Assembly (NCBI GenBank): GCA_045863395.1
Contig: BTVJ01000144.1
Coordinates: forward strand, 1-11,133
Direction of reading: 5' to 3'
Source: Myxococcales bacterium
GTDB taxonomy: Bacteria; Myxococcota_A; UBA9042; JABWCM01; BTVJ01
Length of the DNA: 11,133 bases
Shown: positions 5,906 through 11,133 of the stretch, one piece after another
How the letters are laid out: every line of letters begins with the position of its first letter
Position numbering within the stretch: position 1 is the first letter of the stretch
Position numbers and translations under genes: made by a program
The notes under the pieces: generated by a model
What the model was told of the DNA's origin: nothing
What the model saw: only the letters and a program-made list of their open reading frames with translations
The model's database searches: none

Positions 5906-7642
5906 ATGGCCCGTCCCCTCCTGCTCATCGCGCTCGTGCTCCTGGCCTGTGACGACGGCGAGACCACCGCCCAATGCGACAAGCCCGAGGACTGCGGGAG
6001 CTGCCAGCTCTGCAGCGCGGGCCGCTGCGAGGTGGACCCGGCGCAGCTCAATCCGTGCGGGGTGTGTGGCGAGACGCCGAAGGAGGAGTGCGGCGACGGC
6101 CTCGACAACGACTGCGACGGCATGGTGGACGAGGGCTGCTTCACCGGAGGCGACCCGTGCCTGACCCTGGTGTGCGCGAGCCCCCCGGAGCCCGAGTGCG
6201 TCGAAGGGGCGCTCCGCACCTGGGTCTCGCCGGGCACGTGCAACGACGGCGAGTGCTCGTACTCGTCGAGCGACGAGCCCTGCGACCACGGCTGCAAGGA
6301 CGGCGCCTGCGGTCAGGACCCGTGCTTCGGCATCATCTGCAACACCGCGCCGTCGGTGTGCTGGAAGCTGCCGGGCACCTGCGCGGACGGCAAGTGCTCC
6401 TACGAGCCCAACGACGGCGCCGTCTGTACGGACGCGGACCCGTGCACCGTCAGCGACCTGTGCGTCGGAGGCTCCTGCGTTGGGCTCCCCCAGGCCTGCG
6501 ACGACCCGCCGGCCGACGTGTGCATCAGCGAGACCACGCTGCGGGTCTACGTGGACAAGGGCGCCTGCGAGGCGGACGGCTCCTGCTTCTACGAGTACCA
6601 GCACGTCACCTGCGACCTCGGGTGCCTGGACGGCGCCTGCAAGGGGGACCCGTGCACGGGCGTGGAGTGCAAGGATGCGCCGGGGCCCTGCTGGACGAAC
6701 CCGGGCGCCTGCACCGGCGGGTCGTGCAGCTACAGTCCGCTCACTGGGGACGCCTGCGACGACGGCGATGCGTGCACGGAGCTGGACGAGTGCACGAACG
6801 GCGTGTGCGCCGGGGCGCCCAAGGTATGCAACACCCCTCCCGCGCCCGTGTGCGCGGATGGGTCGACGGTTCGTGCCTGGTCGACCAATGGGACGTGCGC
6901 GGGCGGCCAGTGCACCTACACCCCCAAGGACACGCCGTGCAAGGACGGCTGCGAGGGCGGCGCCTGCATCACCGACCCGTGCGAGGAAGTCACGTGTGGA
7001 GACCCCCCCAGCGTCTGCCTGGGCGGGGAGGGGACCTGCGTGGCGGGCGTGTGCTCCTACGCGCCGGTGGACGGAGGGGAATGCGACGACGGCGACCCGT
7101 GCACCGAGGGCGACGTGTGTGGCGGGGGGCTGTGTGCGGGGACGTCGGTTCCCTGTGATGCCCCACCCGCGCCCGAGTGCGTGGACGCGAGCTCGTTGCG
7201 GAGCTGGGGAGCGCCCGGCACCTGTTCGGGTGGAGAGTGCTCCTACGTATCGAGCGAGGTCCCCTGCACCTTCGGGTGCGAGGCAGGCGCCTGCAAGGGA
7301 GACCCCTGCGCCGGCGTGGCCTGCAACATCCCTCCCGATGCCTGCCACTCCCCGACGGGCTTCTGCTCGGGGGGCATCTGCACCTACGGGCTCCTGCCCG
7401 GCGCCCCATGCAACGACGGGGACCCGTGCACCGTCGGCGACACCTGCTCGGCCAAGGGCCAGTGCAGCGGCTCGCCCAAGTGCACCAACGCTCCTGCAGG
7501 CACCTGCTTCGACACCTGGACCCTGTACGCGCCCGACCCCAACGGCGCGTGCCAGCCCAACGGCTCCTGCCAGTACACCTACACGCTGATCAACTGCCCC
7601 GGCGGGTGCGATCCGGTGCAGAACAAGTGCGCCCCGCCGTGA
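5906..7642 (+). CDS. Cysteine-rich tandem-repeat lipoprotein (578 aa) with one MopE-like putative metal-binding motif and Dictyostelium CTDC-like motifs
   Basis: Lipobox LVLLA|C; EECGDGLDNDCDGMVDEGC at 6083-6139; four C-x-D-[GA]-D-[PA]-C-T-x2-D-x-C motifs; 83 Cys by hand count; good RBS. Confidence 0.88.
   Translation: MARPLLLIALVLLACDDGETTAQCDKPEDCGSCQLCSAGRCEVDPAQLNPCGVCGETPKEECGDGLDNDCDGMVDEGCFTGGDPCLTLVCASPPEPECVEGALRTWVSPGTCNDGECSYSSSDEPCDHGCKDGACGQDPCFGIICNTAPSVCWKLPGTCADGKCSYEPNDGAVCTDADPCTVSDLCVGGSCVGLPQACDDPPADVCISETTLRVYVDKGACEADGSCFYEYQHVTCDLGCLDGACKGDPCTGVECKDAPGPCWTNPGACTGGSCSYSPLTGDACDDGDACTELDECTNGVCAGAPKVCNTPPAPVCADGSTVRAWSTNGTCAGGQCTYTPKDTPCKDGCEGGACITDPCEEVTCGDPPSVCLGGEGTCVAGVCSYAPVDGGECDDGDPCTEGDVCGGGLCAGTSVPCDAPPAPECVDASSLRSWGAPGTCSGGECSYVSSEVPCTFGCEAGACKGDPCAGVACNIPPDACHSPTGFCSGGICTYGLLPGAPCNDGDPCTVGDTCSAKGQCSGSPKCTNAPAGTCFDTWTLYAPDPNGACQPNGSCQYTYTLINCPGGCDPVQNKCAPP
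6152..7639 (+). repeat. Intragenic diverged tandem repeat, about 4.5 units of 327-330 bp (109-110 aa)
   Basis: Equivalent DPC codons start at 6317, 6647, 6974 and 7301 (spacings 330, 327, 327). Cys pattern is conserved; modules run A-B-A-B-A-B-A-B-A. Confidence 0.9.
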
Positions 7643-7643
7643 C

Positions 7644-8078
7644 ATGAAGGTGCAAGGTCCTACGACGGGGACAGGAGCCCGCGTCCGCGGGACGAAGCGC
7701 CCCACGGATGGAACCTTCGACGCCCTGCTCGGCAGCGCGCTGGGCGACGAGGAGCACAAGCGCGAGCTGCGGCGCCTCATCGAGGACATCGTCGAGCAGG
7801 GCAAGCGCATGGCGGACCTGATGGATCTGGCCGAGATGGCCGAGTACCGGCGCCGGGTGCAGGCCTTCGTGGATGCGGTGCTCTCGAGCGCCCACCGGTT
7901 GGCCCGCGAGCGCTTCATCGACCACGACGGCAGCCACCGGGTCTACAGCATCGTCCAGCGCGTGGACGAGGACCTCGCCGCCCTGGCGGAGGGGGTGCTC
8001 GACCGGGAGCGCGCGCGCCTGCGCATCGTCAGCCGCACCTTGGAGCTGCGGGGGTTGTTGCTGGACATCGTGGGGTAG
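7644..8078 (+). CDS. YaaR/DUF327-family protein (144 aa)
   Basis: Pattern MKV...F...L; IEDIVEQGKRM; EYRRRVQAFV; VYSIVQRVDEDLAALAE.VL..E...L.I.....ELRGLLLDI matches my recollection of YaaR/DUF327. Starts 1 bp after the upstream stop. Confidence 0.8.
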   Translation: MKVQGPTTGTGARVRGTKRPTDGTFDALLGSALGDEEHKRELRRLIEDIVEQGKRMADLMDLAEMAEYRRRVQAFVDAVLSSAHRLARERFIDHDGSHRVYSIVQRVDEDLAALAEGVLDRERARLRIVSRTLELRGLLLDIVG

Positions 8079-8193
8079 GGGGCCTCGTGGAAGGATGCGT
8101 CCTGCAGGGCGGCGAGCCCCTCCTTGCGCCGTCCTCAGCTCGCGACAAGGAGGACCAGGCCGTCCAGCAGGCGGTCCCTGCCCGAGACACCCC
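8078..8193. repeat. Long imperfect inverted repeat (rod-like hairpin, ~116 nt) of unknown function
   Basis: CCTCCTTG 8119-8126 pairs with CAAGGAGG 8146-8153. CCTGCAGGGCGGC 8101-8113 pairs with GCCGTCCAGCAGG 8159-8171 (one mismatch, one G-U). Looser outer pairing includes CTCG/CGAG and GGGG/CCCC. Confidence 0.6.
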
Positions 8194-8240
8194 GTGCGTC
8201 ACAGCGGGCGCCCAGGTCGTGCACAAGCACCCCCGCGCTG

Positions 8241-8262
8241 TGCTATGCTCCCGCCCAGGAGG
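8241..8262 (+). promoter_or_regulatory. Candidate extended -10 promoter and RBS of the Uma2 gene
   Basis: TGcTATGCT at 8241-8249; AGGAGG at 8257-8262, 5 nt before ATG 8268. Confidence 0.45.
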
Positions 8263-8267
8263 TCGTC

Positions 8268-9044
8268 ATGAACCACCCTGCTCCCATCTATGAACCCGCC
8301 GAGTTGCCGAGGCTCCCGACCGCGGAGGAGCTGCCTTGCGAGGATGGTGTGCCCATGGAGACCAGCAAGCACCGGCAGCAGATGGAGCTCCTGATCAGCA
8401 CGCTCTCCCTGCTCTGGAGCGACCGTACCGACTACTACGTCGGCGGCAACATGTTCCTGTACTTCAGCCTGCTCCAGACGAAGCGAAATGACTTCCGGGG
8501 TCCAGACTTCTTTGTCGTGCTGGGGACCGACAACAGGCCCCGAAAGTCCTGGGTCATGTGGGAGGAGGAGCTGGCCCCTGACGTGATCGTGGAGATCACG
8601 TCGCCGTCCACCCGGGCGGAGGACACGACCCGCAAGATGCATGTCTACGGCCAGCGCCTCCGCGTGCCCTTCTACTTCATCTTTGACCCGGACAGCGGTG
8701 AGTTCGAGGGATACAGACTGGATCAGAGCCGCATGGAGTACACGCCCATCGAGCCAGACAATGAGGGCCGCCTTCCATGCGACCGCGTGGATCTCGATCT
8801 CGGAGTGTGGCACGGCATCCACCGGAATACACCCGGCCCCTGGCTTCGCTGGTACACACGCGACGGCAACCTGGTCCCGAGCCCGGAGGAGGCACTCGGC
8901 CAGGAGGCGGCCCGCGCGGAGCAGGAGGCGGCCCGCGCGGCGCAGGAGGCGGCCCGCGCGGCGCAGGAGGCGGCCGCCAGGCGCGCCGCAGAAGAGAAGA
9001 TCGCCGATCTGGAGGCCCGGCTGCGCGCGCTCGGAGGGGAGTGA
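8268..9044 (+). CDS. Uma2-family (PD-(D/E)XK-like) putative endonuclease with C-terminal coiled coil (258 aa)
   Basis: LPCEDGVPMET..H..QM, VGGNMFLYF, FRGPDFFVV, RKSWVMWEE..APDVIVEITSPST...D...K...Y, VPFYFIFDP and WLRWYT are characteristic of this family. Start chosen at ATG 8268 because of the AGGAGG RBS. Confidence 0.92.
   Translation: MNHPAPIYEPAELPRLPTAEELPCEDGVPMETSKHRQQMELLISTLSLLWSDRTDYYVGGNMFLYFSLLQTKRNDFRGPDFFVVLGTDNRPRKSWVMWEEELAPDVIVEITSPSTRAEDTTRKMHVYGQRLRVPFYFIFDPDSGEFEGYRLDQSRMEYTPIEPDNEGRLPCDRVDLDLGVWHGIHRNTPGPWLRWYTRDGNLVPSPEEALGQEAARAEQEAARAAQEAARAAQEAAARRAAEEKIADLEARLRALGGE
8901..8975 (+). repeat. 21-bp tandem repeat x3.6 encoding QEAARA(E/A) heptads
   Basis: CAGGAGGCGGCCCGCGCGG(A/C)G at 8901, 8922 and 8943, plus a 12-bp partial copy at 8964. 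Units 2 and 3 are identical. Confidence 0.95.
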
Positions 9045-9086
9045 GCGGTGACAGCCGAGGGTGGATGGACCCGGCGTGGCGCCTCC

Positions 9087-10253
9087 TCACCCTGCCGCGA
9101 CGCGCCACGTATCCCGCGCGATGACCAGCTCCTCGCGGGTGGGAATGACGAAGATGCGCGTGGCGGACCCCGTCGTCGCGATGTCTGACTCTCCGCGCGC
9201 GGCCCCGTTCTTCTCCCCATCCAGCTCCAGGCCGAGGGGCCCAAGGCCGTCGAGGATGCGGGCGCGGACCGCCGGTGCGTTCTCGCCCACGCCCGCCGTG
9301 AAGACCACCGTGTGGACCGTGCCGAGGACCGCGAGGTAGGCGCCGATGTACTTGCGGACCCGGTAGGCGTAGACGTCGAGGGCGATTGCTGCGCGCTCAT
9401 CTCCGTCTGTCTCCGCCGCGAGCAGCGCCCGCATGTCGTTGCTGCGCCCCGACAGGCCGAGCAGGCCACTCCTCTTGTTGAGCAGGGTGTCGAGCTCCGG
9501 GAGACTCAGGCCGCGGAGCCTCCCCAACGTCGGAAGAATCGCCGGGTCCAGGTCGCCGGAGCGGGTGCCCATGACGAGACCCTCCAAGGGGGTCATGCCC
9601 ATGGAGGTGTCCACCGAACGGCCCCCGCGCACCGCCGTGATGCTCGCGCCGTTTCCGAGGTGGCAGGTGATGCTGTTGGTCTCCGCGAGGGGACGCCCCA
9701 GCAGCGCCGCCGCGCGCTCGGAGACGTAGCGGTGTGACGTGCCGTGGAAGCCGTAGCGGCGCACTCCCAGGTCCGTATAGAGCTCGTAGGGCACCGCGTA
9801 GAGGAACGCGTGGCGCGGCATGGTCTGGTGGAAGGCCGTGTCGAAGACCGCGACCTGGGGCACGCCGGGCAGGAGCTTGCGGGCGACGCGGATACCGAGC
9901 AGGTTCGGCGGATTGTGGAGCGGCGCGAGCTGCGAGTGCCGCTCCAGGGCGCGCTCCACCTCGTCGGTGATGGCGACTGTGTCGGCGAAGTCCTCCCCGC
10001 CGTGGACCACCCGGTGGCCGACCGCGTCCACGGGGCTCCCGCCGTCGAGCGCCTCCAGGATGAGCGCGAGGCCCTCCGCGTGGTCCGCCGCCGCAACCCT
10101 CTGGGCGTGCCGCTCGCCGTCCGTCCAGCTCAGCTCCGGGTCGGGCTCGCCGATGCGCTGGAGCAGGCCGCGCACGGACACCGTCTCTTCCGGCATCGTG
10201 AACAGCTCGAACTTGATGGACGAGCTGCCCGCGTTCAGCACGAGCACCTTCAT
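9087..10253 (-). CDS. ackA: Acetate kinase (388 aa)
   Basis: MKVLVLNAGSSSIKF, VGHRVVHGG, LAPLHNPPN, VAVFDTAFHQT, RRYGFHGTSH, CHLGNGAS, DTSMGMTPLEGLVMGTRSGD, FTAGVGEN, IPTREE. ATG 10253 overlaps the pta TGA and has GAGGAG upstream. Confidence 0.98.
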   Translation of the reverse strand: MKVLVLNAGSSSIKFELFTMPEETVSVRGLLQRIGEPDPELSWTDGERHAQRVAAADHAEGLALILEALDGGSPVDAVGHRVVHGGEDFADTVAITDEVERALERHSQLAPLHNPPNLLGIRVARKLLPGVPQVAVFDTAFHQTMPRHAFLYAVPYELYTDLGVRRYGFHGTSHRYVSERAAALLGRPLAETNSITCHLGNGASITAVRGGRSVDTSMGMTPLEGLVMGTRSGDLDPAILPTLGRLRGLSLPELDTLLNKRSGLLGLSGRSNDMRALLAAETDGDERAAIALDVYAYRVRKYIGAYLAVLGTVHTVVFTAGVGENAPAVRARILDGLGPLGLELDGEKNGAARGESDIATTGSATRIFVIPTREELVIARDTWRVAAG

Positions 10254-11131
10254 CTCGAGCTCCTCTGCGCCTGGATGGCGGTGATGGCCACCGTGTTGAC
10301 GATGTCCGTGATGGTGGCGCCCCGGCTCAGGTCGTTGACGGGCTTGCGCAGCCCCTGCATGACCGGTCCCACCGCGATGGCCCGCGCCGAGCGCTGCACG
10401 GCCTTGTAGGTGTTGTTGCCGGAGTTGAGGTCCGGGAACACGAGCACCGTGGCCCTCCCCGCGACCTGGCTGTCGGGGAGCTTGGTGCGCGCCACGTCCA
10501 TGTCCACGGCGGCGTCGTACTGGATGGGCCCCTCGATGGGCAGGTCCGGGCGCCGCTCCCGCACGATGCGCGTCGCCTCCCGCACCTTGTCCACGTCGGA
10601 GCCCTTCCCCGAGGCGCCCGTCGAGTACGACAGCAGGGCGACGCGCGGCTCCACCTCGAAGGCGCGGGCCGTGTCCGCGCTGGCGATGGCGATGTCTGCC
10701 AGCTCCTCGGCGGTGGGGTTGGGGTTGACCGCGCAGTCTCCGTACACGAGCACCTGGTCGGGCAGGCACATGAAGAAGACGCTCGACGCCACGGTGACCC
10801 CCTCGCTGGTCTTCACGAACTCCAGGGCCGGGCGCAAGGTGGCGGCCGTGGTGTGGATGCTGCCCGAGACCATGCCGTCCGCGTGGCCCTCGTGGACCAT
10901 CATGGTCCCGAAGTAGTTGACGTCGGTCATCAGGTCGAAGGCGAGGTCCCACGTGGGGTTCTTCTTCGGGCGGCGCAGCTCCTGGTAGCGCTTCGCGAAG
11001 GTCTCCCGCAGCGGCGAGAGGGCCGGATCCACGATGTGGGCGCCCGCCAGCTTCAGGCCCAGGCGACCTGCCGCGTCCCGGATCTCTGCCTCGTTGCCGA
11101 GCAGGGTCACGTCCACGATGTTGCGCTGGAG
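10250..11131 (-). CDS. pta: Phosphate acetyltransferase, 5'-partial (C-terminal catalytic domain)
   Basis: ADGMVSGSIHTTAATLRPA, SSVFFMCL, YGDCAVNPNP, LLSYSTG.SG.G, EGPIQYDAA, FPDLNSGNNTYKAVQR, GPVMQGLRKPVNDLSRG. The frame is open to the right edge and lies directly upstream of ackA. Confidence 0.97.
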   Translation of the reverse strand, partial: LQRNIVDVTLLGNEAEIRDAAGRLGLKLAGAHIVDPALSPLRETFAKRYQELRRPKKNPTWDLAFDLMTDVNYFGTMMVHEGHADGMVSGSIHTTAATLRPALEFVKTSEGVTVASSVFFMCLPDQVLVYGDCAVNPNPTAEELADIAIASADTARAFEVEPRVALLSYSTGASGKGSDVDKVREATRIVRERRPDLPIEGPIQYDAAVDMDVARTKLPDSQVAGRATVLVFPDLNSGNNTYKAVQRSARAIAVGPVMQGLRKPVNDLSRGATITDIVNTVAITAIQAQRSSR

Positions 11132-11133
11132 CA

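Noticed and set aside
5906..7642. Multiheme cytochrome or Fe-S protein interpretation of the Cys-rich ORF
   Set aside because: No CxxCH motifs and no ferredoxin pattern. An exported lipoprotein with an even non-lipidated Cys count fits disulfides better.
8078..8193. SRP 4.5S RNA, 6S RNA, tRNA or intrinsic terminator
   Set aside because: No GNRA-capped SRP helix motif on either strand, no large central bubble, no cloverleaf and no U-tract.
8087..8293. Small ORFs in the yaaR-uma2 gap (8087-8293 +, 8029-8226 -), including a type I toxin idea
   Set aside because: No hydrophobic helix, no properly spaced RBS, and they overlap neighbouring genes.
8901..8975. CRISPR array
   Set aside because: The repeats are contiguous with no spacers, lie in frame within a CDS, and there are no cas genes.
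9045..9109. Terminator between the convergent uma2 and ackA genes
   Set aside because: Only weak hairpins, including CGTGGCGC/GCGCCACG at 9075-9082/9102-9109 with a 19-nt loop, and no U-tract on either strand.

Overview
Very GC-rich bacterial DNA, most likely Myxococcota or a related deltaproteobacterium (inferred from a MYXO-CTERM-like sorting tail and a Cys-rich repeat lipoprotein). Gene order: partial sixA-like phosphohistidine phosphatase (+); ppx/gppA exopolyphosphatase (-), translationally coupled to an upstream 861-aa secreted Zn-dependent phospholipase C/S1-P1-like protein with a MYXO-CTERM-like anchor (-); a divergent metzincin lipoprotein (+); a 578-aa Cys-rich tandem-repeat lipoprotein (+); a YaaR/DUF327-like gene (+); a ~116-nt rod-like palindromic intergenic element; a lower-GC Uma2-family endonuclease gene with a 21-bp tandem repeat (+); and the end of a pta-ackA operon (-). 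The most interesting parts are the three-gene cell-surface cluster linked to ppx, apparent His-to-Glu changes in the PLC-like metal site, the regular ~110-aa 16-Cys repeat, and the unexplained hairpin at 8078-8193. All family calls come from motif recognition by eye; no searches were run.
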